From positions 300,710-364,709 of the forward strand of contig LCIO01000001.1 in the NCBI GenBank assembly GCA_001001115.1: a stretch of DNA of 64,000 nucleotides, in the 5' to 3' direction. The position numbers and the translations under genes were made by a program. Below the pieces are notes generated by a model. It was not told the DNA's origin, made no database searches, and saw nothing but the letters and a program-made list of their open reading frames with translations. Source of the stretch: Candidatus Wolfebacteria bacterium GW2011_GWA1_44_24. GTDB lineage: Bacteria; Patescibacteriota; Minisyncoccia; UBA6257; UBA9933. Below, piece by piece: positions 17,966 through 28,382 of this stretch (the stretch's first letter is position 1; each line of letters opens with the position of its first letter).

Positions 17966-19503
17966 AAAATTTCTCCAAACTTTATTCCGCGGAACTTGAA
18001 GGCATTGACGCCAGATTAATTGAAGTGGAGACCGACATTAATGTCGGTCTCCACTCTTTTAATATCGTCGGTTTGGCGGATAAGGCTTTGAAAGAAGCCA
18101 AAGAAAGAGTCAGTTCCGCTTTGAAAAATTCCGGCGTTAAGCCGCCCACTAAAGAAAACAGGAGAATTACCGTTAATCTGGCGCCGGCCGACATTAAAAA
18201 AGCCGGCTCTCAATATGATCTGGCTATCGCGCTCGGCTATTTACTAGCGACCAAGCAGATAAAAGAATTTGACGCCGCTGACAAAATTTTTGTCGGCGAG
18301 CTTTCGCTGGACGGTTCTCTTCGGCCGATTAACGGCGGTTTGAACATCGCTCAGATGGCGAAAAAGAAGGGGTTTAAGTTTTTATTTTTGCCGAAGAAAA
18401 ACGCTTTCGAGGCCGCGGTTATTTCCGGCATCAACATCGCGCCGGTTTCTCATCTAGAAGAACTTATCAATCATCTGGAAGAAAGAGAATTAATTAGTTT
18501 TCAAAAGCCGATCGATATCAGGAATTTATCGGGCAGAGAAGGAGTATCGGTTGATATTTCGGAGATCAAAGGCCAGGAGAACGCCAAGCGGGCATTGATG
18601 GTCGCGGCCGCCGGCGGCCACAATATTTTAATGTTTGGACCGCCGGGAGCCGGCAAGACAATGCTGGCTCAGGCCCTGGTTTCGATTTTAACTCCGCCGG
18701 AGCCGGAAGAAGCTATTGAAATCACCAGAATTTACAGCGCCGCCGGATTTTTGAAAGAAAAAAATTTCATCAATTTTCGGCCATTTCGGGCGCCTCATCA
18801 CTCGGCTTCGCCTGTTTCCATCATCGGCGGCGGCGTCGAACCGCGGCCCGGAGAAATTTCTTTGGCCCATCGCGGCGTTTTGTTTCTGGACGAAATTCCG
18901 GAATTCCGCCGCGACTTGCTCGAAGCTTTGCGCCAGCCGTTGGAATCCGGCGCGGTTTGCATTTCGCGCGCCAAAGGAGTTATGAATTTTCCCGCGAGAT
19001 TTCTTTTGGCGGCGGCAATGAATCCTTGTCCCTGCGGTTATTCCAGCGACCCGGGAAAAGAGTGTCGTTGTAGCGCCAATGAAGTTTTCCGCTACCAAAA
19101 GAAAATTTCCGGACCGTTAATCGACCGGATTGACATTCAAATCGAAGTGCCGCGGCTTAAAATTGAAGAGTTGAGAAAGCCGAAAAAAGACGATACCGGA
19201 GATGAAATCAGAAACAAAGTGGCGAAAGCCAGAAAAATTCAGGAAGAGCGTTTTGTTAAAACCAAACCGAGAATCCGTTTGAATTCGGAAATGAGCTCGA
19301 AACAAGTTGACGAATTCGTGAATTTTTCAAGCGAAGCGGAAAATTTCTTGAAAAATATTCTTGAGAAGTCTTTTATTTCCGGCCGCGGCTATTATCGGAT
19401 TTTGAAAACCGCCAGAACTATTGCCGATTTGGAAGAAAAGGAAAAAGTCTCGGCTTCGCATTTAGCCGAAGCCTTTCAGTACCGGGTCAGGGAGAAAGAA
19501 TAA
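17938..19503 (+). CDS. comM: Mg-chelatase-like AAA+ protein ComM/YifB
   Basis: Walker A FGPPGAGKT and the cysteine cluster CPCGY...CRC. The start may instead be the GTG at 17962, which gives a GTGA overlap. Confidence 0.85.
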   Translation: MPGMQKEGVKNFSKLYSAELEGIDARLIEVETDINVGLHSFNIVGLADKALKEAKERVSSALKNSGVKPPTKENRRITVNLAPADIKKAGSQYDLAIALGYLLATKQIKEFDAADKIFVGELSLDGSLRPINGGLNIAQMAKKKGFKFLFLPKKNAFEAAVISGINIAPVSHLEELINHLEERELISFQKPIDIRNLSGREGVSVDISEIKGQENAKRALMVAAAGGHNILMFGPPGAGKTMLAQALVSILTPPEPEEAIEITRIYSAAGFLKEKNFINFRPFRAPHHSASPVSIIGGGVEPRPGEISLAHRGVLFLDEIPEFRRDLLEALRQPLESGAVCISRAKGVMNFPARFLLAAAMNPCPCGYSSDPGKECRCSANEVFRYQKKISGPLIDRIDIQIEVPRLKIEELRKPKKDDTGDEIRNKVAKARKIQEERFVKTKPRIRLNSEMSSKQVDEFVNFSSEAENFLKNILEKSFISGRGYYRILKTARTIADLEEKEKVSASHLAEAFQYRVREKE

Positions 19504-20211
19504 TTATTTCGCCAGCGGGTTTTCCGCTCCGATTACTTCGAAATGCAGATGGCAGCCGGTCGGGCCGTGAGTATTGCCGGTATTTCCCATATAGCCGATA
19601 AGTTCTCCTTTTTCGACATAACGGCCGATTAAAGAAACAATTCTTTCAAGATGGGCGTAGCGGGTTTCAGCGCCGTTGGGATGTTCTATCAAAACAAAAA
19701 GTCCGTAACCGTCGTTCCAGCCCGTTGAACCGTCTCCTAAATTTTTATCGGGAACGACTATGCCCTCGGCTGAGGCGTAAATCGGCGTGCCACAGCGATT
19801 AGCGATGTCAACGGCGTTATAATCGTGAAGAATCCTCCAGTTCCAGCCCGAAGCCGGCGGCGAAAAATAACCGGAAGAATCTTTCTTGTTTGGCTTATAA
19901 TCGGTGATACTGGCTTTATTGAGAGCGTCGGAGTTTCCAATAGAAGAATAATCAACTGTTATTCTTTCGGCAAAAGGATTGTCGGCGCTGACAGAGTCGT
20001 TATAATTAGAGGCGCTTATCGGACCGCCAAAAATTTCTCCCCTCAACATGGTTTTAGATTCGGCATTCAATGATGAAAAATCAATTATGGCAAGATTGGC
20101 CGCCGCAACCGCGATGATTAAAAAAAATCGCCAGTAAACAGCGTTTTGTTTGAATGCGTATTGAATTTTGCCTAAAATAATACTAATGAATCCATTATAT
20201 AAGAATCTCAA
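19504..20211 (-). CDS. M23 family peptidase, TM anchored
   Basis: GNTGNTHGPTGCHLHFEV and an N-terminal TM segment. Confidence 0.8.
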   Translation of the reverse strand: MRFLYNGFISIILGKIQYAFKQNAVYWRFFLIIAVAAANLAIIDFSSLNAESKTMLRGEIFGGPISASNYNDSVSADNPFAERITVDYSSIGNSDALNKASITDYKPNKKDSSGYFSPPASGWNWRILHDYNAVDIANRCGTPIYASAEGIVVPDKNLGDGSTGWNDGYGLFVLIEHPNGAETRYAHLERIVSLIGRYVEKGELIGYMGNTGNTHGPTGCHLHFEVIGAENPLAK

Positions 20212-21934
20212 TGAAAAACAAGTCGAAGCTGTGGATTATCAAAACGGCCCTCTTTTGATTGTCGCCGGCGCCGGCAGCGGCAAAACAAAGACTTTGACCA
20301 GCCGGTTGGCGGCGATTTTGAAATTGGGCGTTTCACCGGAAAATATCATTGCCATTACTTTTACCAATAAAGCGGCGGAGGAGATGCAGAACAGAATTAT
20401 GGATAAAAAGCCGCCGTTCATCGGCACTTTTCATTCTTTGGGCGCCAGGATTTTGAAAAAAGAGGCGAACTTCGTTGATCGAAGCCGGAATTTTTCAATT
20501 TTTGACAGCGACGATTCTTTGCGGCTTATCAAAAATATCATCAAGAATTTTAATTTAACTGGAGAAGAGCGGCGGGATATTAATCATTTTAAATTGCGAA
20601 AAGAATTTTCCCGAATTAAAGGCGGATTGGCCGAAATCGAAGACGAAGACGAAATTATCGGGCGGTTTTTCGGCGAATACGAAAATGCCCTGGAAAAGAA
20701 CAATGCCTTTGATTTCGACGATTTAATCGAAAAGCCGGTGAAAATTTTCCGGCAACATCCGGCAATTCTCGAAAAATACCAAAATCAGTTTCAGCATATT
20801 TTAGTCGATGAGTTTCAGGACACCAATGTCAGCCAGTACGCTTTTATCAAACTTTTGTCCCAAAAGCACAAAAATTTAAGCGTGGTCGGCGACGATCAGC
20901 AGTCGATATACCGGTTTCGCGGCTCGGATTTCCGGATTTTTTTGGATTTTGAAAAAGACTGGCCGAAAACGAAAGTTGTTTTGCTGGAGCAGAATTACCG
21001 CTCGAGCGGCAACATTATCAGAGCCGCTTCGGCTTTGATCAGCGGCAATAAATTTCAAAAACCGAAAAATCTTTGGACGGAAAATCCGGACGGCGAATTG
21101 CTCAAGGTAATTGAGCATAGAGACGAAGACGCGGAAGCGGAATGGATAGCGGAAAAAATTTCCGGATCCAAAAAGTCGAATCAATCCATTGCTGTTTTAT
21201 ATCGCACCAATGCCCAATCGCGGGCGCTGGAAACCGTCTTGATTGAACGGGGGATTCCTTACCGGATTTTCGGCGGCGTCAGATTTTATGAGCGTAAAGA
21301 AATCAAAGACATCGTGGCGGCGCTTCGCTGGGGGATAAACCCGAAAGACGCCGTGAGTTTGGAACGGCTGAAAACCAATCTTTTGAAAAAACCGTTTTTG
21401 GAAATTAAAAATGGAATACCCGAAAAAATCAAAAAATTGTCGCCGGCAGAACTCATCGCTTATGTTCTTGAAGCCACGGACTATCTTAATCAATTAAAGA
21501 AAAATTACGCGAATTACCAGGAGCGGACGGAGAACATCAATGAATTGATTTATTTTGCCGGCAATTTCGGCAATCTTCAGGAATTTTTAGAGGCAATTTC
21601 TCTTTTACAGGGAACGGATATCGCGAAAAACAACGAAACAACGGCAAATGTCCATTTGATGACCATCCATTTAGCCAAGGGGTTGGAATTCGACAAGGTT
21701 TTCATCGCCGGCTGCAACGAAGGATTGCTTCCCCACCAGATGTCTTATTCCGGCGAAGCGGAAATCGAAGAAGAGCGGCGGCTGATGTATGTGGCGATGA
21801 CGCGCGCCAAAAAGGAACTTTATCTTAATTTTTATAATCTAGCGTCGAGGTTTTTGTATGAAATTCCGCCGGAATTGGTCGAGTTGTCCGCGGAAAAATC
21901 CTTGGACGACGAAGAGCGGTATATCGAGATGTAA
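20186..21934 (+). CDS. UvrD/PcrA-family DNA helicase (short form)
   Basis: Walker A AGAGSGKTKTLT, DEFQDTN and YRSSGNI motifs. Start set at MNPLYKNLNEKQ. Confidence 0.85.
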   Translation: MNPLYKNLNEKQVEAVDYQNGPLLIVAGAGSGKTKTLTSRLAAILKLGVSPENIIAITFTNKAAEEMQNRIMDKKPPFIGTFHSLGARILKKEANFVDRSRNFSIFDSDDSLRLIKNIIKNFNLTGEERRDINHFKLRKEFSRIKGGLAEIEDEDEIIGRFFGEYENALEKNNAFDFDDLIEKPVKIFRQHPAILEKYQNQFQHILVDEFQDTNVSQYAFIKLLSQKHKNLSVVGDDQQSIYRFRGSDFRIFLDFEKDWPKTKVVLLEQNYRSSGNIIRAASALISGNKFQKPKNLWTENPDGELLKVIEHRDEDAEAEWIAEKISGSKKSNQSIAVLYRTNAQSRALETVLIERGIPYRIFGGVRFYERKEIKDIVAALRWGINPKDAVSLERLKTNLLKKPFLEIKNGIPEKIKKLSPAELIAYVLEATDYLNQLKKNYANYQERTENINELIYFAGNFGNLQEFLEAISLLQGTDIAKNNETTANVHLMTIHLAKGLEFDKVFIAGCNEGLLPHQMSYSGEAEIEEERRLMYVAMTRAKKELYLNFYNLASRFLYEIPPELVELSAEKSLDDEERYIEM

Positions 21935-21936
21935 AT

Positions 21937-22728
21937 ATGTCGAGATATTTGGGACAACATTTTTTAATAGCTAAAAGAAAGATAGGAAAAATCGTTGAAT
22001 CGCTGGAATTGAAAGACAAAGACGTTATTATTGAAATCGGGCCGGGCAAAAGCGCTTTGACGATTCCGCTTTGTGAAAATTGCCGGAAACTCGGTTGTAA
22101 AATTATTGCCGTTGAAAAAGACAAATTGCTCGCCAATAATTTGAAAGAAAAATTCAAAAACGATAAAAATGTTGAAATTATAGAAGGAGATGTTTTAAAA
22201 ATTTTATCAAAAACAATAATTCAATTTAATAATCTTTCAACCGGCAATTATAAAATTGTCGGAAATATACCATATTATATTACTGGATATCTTTTAAGAA
22301 CTTTTGGCGAATTGGAAATTAAACCGTCTTTAATCATTTTAACGATTCAAAAAGAAGTTGCGGAAAGGATAATCGTAAAACCGCCCAAAATGAATTTACT
22401 GGCCGCCAGCGTTCAATTTTGGGCAGAACCGAAAATTATCGGCTATGTTTCAAGAAAAGATTTCAGCCCGCCGCCGAAAGTAGACAGCGCGATTATAGAA
22501 TTAAAAATTAAGAATTATGAATTAAGAATTAAGGATAATTATTACCGAATTATCAAAATTCTCTTTAAACAGCCGAGGAAGACGATATTAAACAATTTAT
22601 TGTCTGGAATCGGGGATAAAAATAAAGAAGAAATTGTTGAAAAATTGAAAAAAGCGGGTATTGATCCGCGGGCAAGGCCGCAAAATTTGAGCATTGAGCA
22701 AATTATCGAATTATCCACTTTATTTTGA
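21937..22728 (+). CDS. rsmA: 16S rRNA dimethyladenosine transferase RsmA/KsgA
   Basis: SAM motif IIEIGPGKSALT, plus NIPYYIT. Confidence 0.9.
   Translation: MSRYLGQHFLIAKRKIGKIVESLELKDKDVIIEIGPGKSALTIPLCENCRKLGCKIIAVEKDKLLANNLKEKFKNDKNVEIIEGDVLKILSKTIIQFNNLSTGNYKIVGNIPYYITGYLLRTFGELEIKPSLIILTIQKEVAERIIVKPPKMNLLAASVQFWAEPKIIGYVSRKDFSPPPKVDSAIIELKIKNYELRIKDNYYRIIKILFKQPRKTILNNLLSGIGDKNKEEIVEKLKKAGIDPRARPQNLSIEQIIELSTLF
22499..22533 (+). repeat. Heptamer-periodic tract (aattaaa aattaag aattatg aattaag aattaag)
   Basis: Read directly. In frame inside rsmA, encoding ELKIKNYELRIKD. Confidence 0.8.
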
Positions 22729-22755
22729 TTATTAACCGCTATATAATAAATACAA

Positions 22756-23577
22756 ATGGCTCGCTTTAAGATTGCGGCAACGGTTTTGGTTTTAGGCGCC
22801 GGCTTAATCGGTTCTTATTTAATTGTCAAAAATTCCGCGTCCCAAGCGGATGTCCGGCAGGAAGCGCTCAAAAAAATCATTTCCGAGGTTGTTTCCGAAA
22901 ATCCGATTAAATGGCTGGAACAAAACGCCGCTTCTTTAACGGGATCGGGGGCGGAGAGCGGCAAAACAGCCCAAGCGTCAAAAGCCATAGCCAATTTCAA
23001 TTCGTTTAATTTGACCGAATTCGTCGCTCAATCGCTTTTCGGCCAGATGAAAAATCTGGACCAAAGCGGCCAGAATCCTTTTGAAAATTTTGACATCGAT
23101 GATCCGCAAAACCAAAAATTGATTCAGGAAGCCATTGCCGGCATTCAGGACCCGTCTTTGATTTTCAGCGCGGCGATTGACGATAAAGATTTGAAAATTT
23201 CAAACGACAATTCAGTTGACGCTAAAAGTCGGTATTTAAACAATTTGGCGGATATTGTTGTTAAAGATGATCCTCTAAAAAAAACTGGTGGAATAGTTGG
23301 CAGTCTGAATTTTTTAGAGCTTAAAGAAGTGGCTGATAACTATCAAGGAATTATTAATGAATTTATCAATGTGTCCGTTCCTTCCGATTGGTCTGAATAT
23401 CATAAACGTTTTATTTCTATCCTAAAAAAACAGGAAATAATTTATAGGGGTATTGTTAATTATCAGGATGATCCGATGAAAGCTGGTTTGTTTATTCAGT
23501 TGGCGCCGGAGATTATCGGGGAAGAAACAACTGTTAGAAAAGAGTTTTTCGAAAATTATTTAGGATTAAATTCTTAA
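22756..23577 (+). CDS. TM-anchored hypothetical; first gene of the T4SS-like block
   Basis: N-terminal TM helix, FKIAATVLVLGAGLIGSYLIV. No family recognised. Confidence 0.5.
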   Translation: MARFKIAATVLVLGAGLIGSYLIVKNSASQADVRQEALKKIISEVVSENPIKWLEQNAASLTGSGAESGKTAQASKAIANFNSFNLTEFVAQSLFGQMKNLDQSGQNPFENFDIDDPQNQKLIQEAIAGIQDPSLIFSAAIDDKDLKISNDNSVDAKSRYLNNLADIVVKDDPLKKTGGIVGSLNFLELKEVADNYQGIINEFINVSVPSDWSEYHKRFISILKKQEIIYRGIVNYQDDPMKAGLFIQLAPEIIGEETTVRKEFFENYLGLNS

Positions 23578-23579
23578 TT

Positions 23580-24995
23580 ATGAAATTTTTTTGGCGAAAA
23601 ACAATAATTTTCTTGATTTTTTTTGCGGTGATTTTTAATGTTAACAGCCATTTTGGATTAAATATGGCGGAGGCGGCGGCACTTCCTGTTATTTGTCTGA
23701 ATTGTTCGCAGGTGGTTGTTCAAGCAGCATGGAAAATATCGGATATTGGCCGTTGGCTTAAGGAAGATTTAATGAAATCTCTTCGCGATGTCATCGCCAA
23801 ACGGATTATAGATTACATTGTTGACCAAACCGTTCAATGGATTCAGGGCGGCGGCAAACCGCAATTTGTCACCGATTGGAAAGGATTTTTAAAGAAAGCA
23901 GGAGATATCGCTTTTGACCAGGTAATTAAAGATGTGGGCTTGGCGCGGCTTTGCGAACCCTTCAGTTTGCAGGTCAGGATTTCCCTTTTGCCGGTTCAAG
24001 GATTCTCTACGAGAATTTCTTGCACTTTGGACAGCGTGGTTAAAAACATCGAGGATTTTTATAAAAATTTTGAAAACGGCGGCTGGATTGCCTATAACGA
24101 GGCCTGGCAGCCGCAAAACAATTATTTCGGCCAGATGCTGATGATTCATGACCAGATATTGACTGAAACTTCCAAAGAAGTGACGGCTCAAGCGAACGAC
24201 GCGCTGGCCGGCAAGGGATTTTTGTCGGTTAAAAAATGTATCGCTTGGCAAACCCCCCTTGATCCGCAAACCGGTCAGCCAAGCGGCGAGAGAAAATGCG
24301 TAAGAGAAGAAATCGTTACTCCGGGCGACACCGTTGGCGTTGCGGTTGGCAATGCCATCACTTCTGATACGCAATGGGCGGCCAATATCCAATCTTGGAC
24401 ATCGGCTTTGGTAAACGCTTTAATTAACCGGCTGATTACAGAAGGTGTCGGGCTGATGGGCGGTTCGGGAACGGGGGGAGGCTCTTCTTATTACCCGCCG
24501 GAATACCAAGATGTCCGTACCGGAGAACAAAAACAACAAGACCAGCAGATGACTGCCGAAGTCCAAAAATTTACCAAAGAATGGCAGTATCTTTATGACG
24601 CCAAAAGCAAATCGCTTTCTTATAGCCAGCAGGAGTTGGTGATTTTGAACAATCTTCGAAGCCGCAACTGTCAGCCGCCGGTTTCGGACGCGGAAATTCA
24701 AAACACCCAGGCGGACATTAACCGATTGCAAACGGAAGTTAACGCTCTTAAAGCCAAAATTGACGAGGCCAACAAATTGATTGCTCAAATCAAAGATGTC
24801 GGCACTTCAACCAGAGAAAGGGCTCTGGCTCAACAGGCCTACAATGCTTTTATAAATAAATACAACACTTCGGAAGTGCAGGAGCAGATTATTTCCGGTT
24901 CGGCGCGGAATGAAGCTGTTGCCGAGACAGAAGCCAAGCGCAATGAGCTTCAAGACGCCCAGGGCCGGATGAATATGTGTTTGGCAATGCCATAG
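23580..24995 (+). CDS. Secreted hypothetical with a C-terminal coiled coil
   Basis: Signal/TM segment, several Cys, a GSGTGGGSS linker, then a Gln/Ala-rich coiled coil. Confidence 0.5.
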   Translation: MKFFWRKTIIFLIFFAVIFNVNSHFGLNMAEAAALPVICLNCSQVVVQAAWKISDIGRWLKEDLMKSLRDVIAKRIIDYIVDQTVQWIQGGGKPQFVTDWKGFLKKAGDIAFDQVIKDVGLARLCEPFSLQVRISLLPVQGFSTRISCTLDSVVKNIEDFYKNFENGGWIAYNEAWQPQNNYFGQMLMIHDQILTETSKEVTAQANDALAGKGFLSVKKCIAWQTPLDPQTGQPSGERKCVREEIVTPGDTVGVAVGNAITSDTQWAANIQSWTSALVNALINRLITEGVGLMGGSGTGGGSSYYPPEYQDVRTGEQKQQDQQMTAEVQKFTKEWQYLYDAKSKSLSYSQQELVILNNLRSRNCQPPVSDAEIQNTQADINRLQTEVNALKAKIDEANKLIAQIKDVGTSTRERALAQQAYNAFINKYNTSEVQEQIISGSARNEAVAETEAKRNELQDAQGRMNMCLAMP

Positions 24996-25008
24996 TCTTA
25001 AATAAAAT

Positions 25009-27009
25009 ATGAAATTTTCCTGGAACAAAAAAATAATTTTAGCGGTTCTGCTGACGGCGGTATTAATAAGCTTATTTGGTAATGCGGCCGATGTGCAGGC
25101 ACAAGAAAAAAATACATCAGCAGATATAACTTCAGATTCTAGTGTTACTTTATTTATTATTGTGAGGGTAGCAGCAGCGGCACTAAGTTTCACTGCTTAT
25201 TTGCTTGATTTTGCCATAAGTCTTGGTAATAAAGTGATGAGTTTAGACGCAGTTATAATTGGCTGGCAAATAATTTTGGGGTTTACCAATCTTGGCTTTG
25301 TGCTGGCAATTATTGTCATCGCTTTTGCCACGATTTTGAGAATAGAAAGGTATGGAATGAAACAAATCCTTTGGAAACTTGTCGTGGCGGCGCTTTTGGT
25401 TAATTTCAGCCTAGTGATTGCCGGGGCGATAATTTCGGTGTCTAATGTTGCTACAAATACTTTTCTTCAAGCAACAACAACGGAAAATTTAAGCAATGCA
25501 TTGGCTAATGCTTTGCAGCCTCAACGGCTTGGGCAGGTTGAACCGAGCTTTGTAGATCAAGTTAAAGGATTGTTGGATTATGCTGTAAGTTTTATGAGTC
25601 CTGGCGCGTGGATCAATTTTCTTATCAGACTTCTCTTTATTCTTGTTTTCACATTTTTAATGGTTTTATCTTTTCTTACTTTATTTGTGATGCTTTTAGT
25701 ACGCGTTTTTGCCTTAATCTTTTTGCTTATTTTGTCACCAATTGTCTGGCTTTTATGGATTTTTCCGTCTACACAAAAATACTGGCAAAAATGGTGGCAA
25801 GAATTTATTCGTTGGAATTTTTTTGCGCCGGCAGTAATGTTTTTTGTTTATTTAACGGTTAAAACGGCATCGTTAATGCAACATAAAGAAGGAAATATCT
25901 ATAGTATTATTTCCAGTAAATCTTGGTTGGGGGGAGTAACTAATTTTTTTATAGATGAAAATGTTTTTAAAAATACAATGGAATCTATTGTATTATTAGC
26001 GTTGCTTTCCGGCGGAATTTATGTGGCCAATAAATTTGGCATTGCCGGCGGCGGTATTGGGGTCAGTTTGGCGGGAAAAGCGGGCAAAGGCGCGGGCGCG
26101 TGGGCGGAGAGGAAAGGAACTAGGGCTGGAACGTGGGCGTTTAGAACCGAAAAAGGGAGAAAAATGGTCGAGGATATTCAATCTGGGAAAGGAGTGGTTG
26201 GCAGAATACCTTTTGTCGGCAAAAGAATCGGCCATGTTTTGAGTCAAGCAGGCGCGATAAGAGGAGAAAGCTTGATTAAGCAAGCTGAAGAACGATATAG
26301 GGGAACGTCCGATAAGCAATTAGCTTTGCGAATGTCAACAATGAGCGCTGATGAAAGAACCATGGCTTTATCGCGGCTGGCAAAAAACAAAAACTTGGAT
26401 ATGATTCCAGAAGGCGCGGCAAAATATATTAAAGATTCTAAAACTCAAAAGATTTTTGAAAGTTACGGACAAAAGAAATCATATAACGATTTAGAAAAGA
26501 CAGCGGGAGTGAATACGTCCATATTGAACGCGGCCGATAAGAATGAAAGAGGAAAAAGAATAAAAGAATTTATAAGAAGCTATTCGGGGCCAGATTACGA
26601 TAAATTGCAAAAAGATATTCTTGGCAAAAAAACTGCCTATGGTTTAAATCAGTCCGAACAAGATGAAATCAATGAATTGACGCGCAACGCAATTTTTGAT
26701 AACCATCCCGGAGCAATATCTAAAATAAGGGCAAAATTAGATGGAGACGATTTGACGAATTTTCAAGAAAAACTTGATGAATATATTGATAAATTTGAAA
26801 ATAACATTGGACTGCCGAGCGATAAAAGAGGCTCAGAAATTTCGATTGAACTTAAAATGGAATGGATTAACGAGCCCGGAAACGCTGTAAGTAGTTATTT
26901 GAAAGATTGGTCAAGCCGCATTTATAATGTTAGAAAAAATTTTGCCGGTAGTTTGTTGGGTGGCGGTTTTGTCGGTGCCGGAGGAGTTGGAAGCCAGCAA
27001 ACTCCTTAA
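25009..27009 (+). CDS. Polytopic membrane protein, VirB6/TrbL-like
   Basis: Signal peptide, at least 6 long hydrophobic helices, and a ~300-aa soluble tail. Position is upstream of VirB3/VirB4-like genes. Confidence 0.55.
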   Translation: MKFSWNKKIILAVLLTAVLISLFGNAADVQAQEKNTSADITSDSSVTLFIIVRVAAAALSFTAYLLDFAISLGNKVMSLDAVIIGWQIILGFTNLGFVLAIIVIAFATILRIERYGMKQILWKLVVAALLVNFSLVIAGAIISVSNVATNTFLQATTTENLSNALANALQPQRLGQVEPSFVDQVKGLLDYAVSFMSPGAWINFLIRLLFILVFTFLMVLSFLTLFVMLLVRVFALIFLLILSPIVWLLWIFPSTQKYWQKWWQEFIRWNFFAPAVMFFVYLTVKTASLMQHKEGNIYSIISSKSWLGGVTNFFIDENVFKNTMESIVLLALLSGGIYVANKFGIAGGGIGVSLAGKAGKGAGAWAERKGTRAGTWAFRTEKGRKMVEDIQSGKGVVGRIPFVGKRIGHVLSQAGAIRGESLIKQAEERYRGTSDKQLALRMSTMSADERTMALSRLAKNKNLDMIPEGAAKYIKDSKTQKIFESYGQKKSYNDLEKTAGVNTSILNAADKNERGKRIKEFIRSYSGPDYDKLQKDILGKKTAYGLNQSEQDEINELTRNAIFDNHPGAISKIRAKLDGDDLTNFQEKLDEYIDKFENNIGLPSDKRGSEISIELKMEWINEPGNAVSSYLKDWSSRIYNVRKNFAGSLLGGGFVGAGGVGSQQTP

Positions 27010-27030
27010 TGGGTAGTATGGAAAATAATT

Positions 27031-27858
27031 ATGCTTAAAATTACTCAACAACAAGCTTTAAAAAGATGGGATACATTGCCTCAAAACCTCAGGGAAGCGA
27101 TATTTTCCGAACTGAACGCCGATATTTTATGGAGGATTTGCAAAGAACAGCATTTATCCGAAGATAAAATTTATAAAATCGCCGCTTTGGCCGGAGACGT
27201 TATTATGGGTTTTATTCATCCGGAAGATTTAGCCAGAGAAATTAAACAGGAACTTGGCATAAATATAGAAATTGCCAATTCTGTCGCTATCGAAATCAAC
27301 CGTAAAATTTTCATGCCGATTAAAAGCGAAATCGATAAAGTTTACGCGCCCGCGGCGCCGGCAGAAGAAATAGAAGTGGTTGATTTAAGACAGCGGGTCG
27401 CGGAACAAAAAATCGAATCCGAAAATCCGCCGATTACTCAAGCTTCGGCTAAAACAATCGAAGTTAAACTACCCGAGACCGGCGAAGCCGAACCAATAAT
27501 TCTTCACAGGGAAGAAGAAACCAGGGCGGTTTTGGGAGCAAAAAAATCTTTAGGCGGTTTGTTTAAATTTTTGGGCAAAGAGGAAAAAAAAGAAGAAATA
27601 AAGCCGGTGGCCGCGCAAGTGGAAATAGGCGGACTGACAGCCGAACCGCTCGCGGTGAGCAAAGTCGAATCGCCGAAAGTAAAAATAGTCCATTACACAG
27701 ATTTTCGGACGCCTATTGAAAAACCGTTATTGCCCGAAATAAAACCAGCCGTTGAAATCCCAAAAATTGAGGAGAAAAAAACTGAACCGGTTAAAATCGA
27801 ACCGGATAAAAAAGAAAATGAGGGAGTAATTGATTTAAGGACATTTACAAAAATGTGA
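27031..27858 (+). CDS. Hypothetical protein with a Pro/Glu/Lys-rich tail
   Basis: Long ORF in the operon. No family recognised. Confidence 0.5.
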   Translation: MLKITQQQALKRWDTLPQNLREAIFSELNADILWRICKEQHLSEDKIYKIAALAGDVIMGFIHPEDLAREIKQELGINIEIANSVAIEINRKIFMPIKSEIDKVYAPAAPAEEIEVVDLRQRVAEQKIESENPPITQASAKTIEVKLPETGEAEPIILHREEETRAVLGAKKSLGGLFKFLGKEEKKEEIKPVAAQVEIGGLTAEPLAVSKVESPKVKIVHYTDFRTPIEKPLLPEIKPAVEIPKIEEKKTEPVKIEPDKKENEGVIDLRTFTKM

Positions 27859-27860
27859 TT

Positions 27861-28373
27861 ATGCAGTTCCAAGTCCCCCAATTTATCGATATTGAAAACA
27901 AAATCGTCGGTCCTTTGACTCTTAGGCAGTTTTTGTATTTTGCCGCGGCCGGTGGTTTGAGTTTTTTGTTTTTTTTCATTTTCGCTTCTTGGCTTTGGCT
28001 GCTGATTTCTTTAATTTTATTTTCTGTTGCCGCGGCTTTCGCTTTTATAAAATATAACGGCCAGCCGCTGGTTAATATCGCTTTCAACGCTTTGATGTTT
28101 TCTTGGAAGCCGCGGCTTTATCTCTGGCAAAGAGAATCTCAAGAACGCGCCGCGGAAATTCCAGAATTGGGAGAAAGAAAAAACTTGGAGGAGTATTTTT
28201 CCCGGATGCCGAGTGTGAGAAAACTTTTTATCAACTTGATGACTTCCAGGGGACCGATTCCCAAACGGGAAAAAACCGGGCCGGCGAGTTGGGGAAGGCA
28301 AAAAGAAAAAACTTCGGCTTTTAGAAAAATGACCGGCGAAAAAGAAATTGTAAGACGCATTGATTATCGGTAA
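27861..28373 (+). CDS. PrgI/VirB3-like two-TM protein
   Basis: QFQVPQFIDIENKIVGPLTLRQFLYF followed by two TM helices, immediately upstream of VirB4. Confidence 0.6.
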   Translation: MQFQVPQFIDIENKIVGPLTLRQFLYFAAAGGLSFLFFFIFASWLWLLISLILFSVAAAFAFIKYNGQPLVNIAFNALMFSWKPRLYLWQRESQERAAEIPELGERKNLEEYFSRMPSVRKLFINLMTSRGPIPKREKTGPASWGRQKEKTSAFRKMTGEKEIVRRIDYR

Positions 28374-28382
28374 AATAAATTT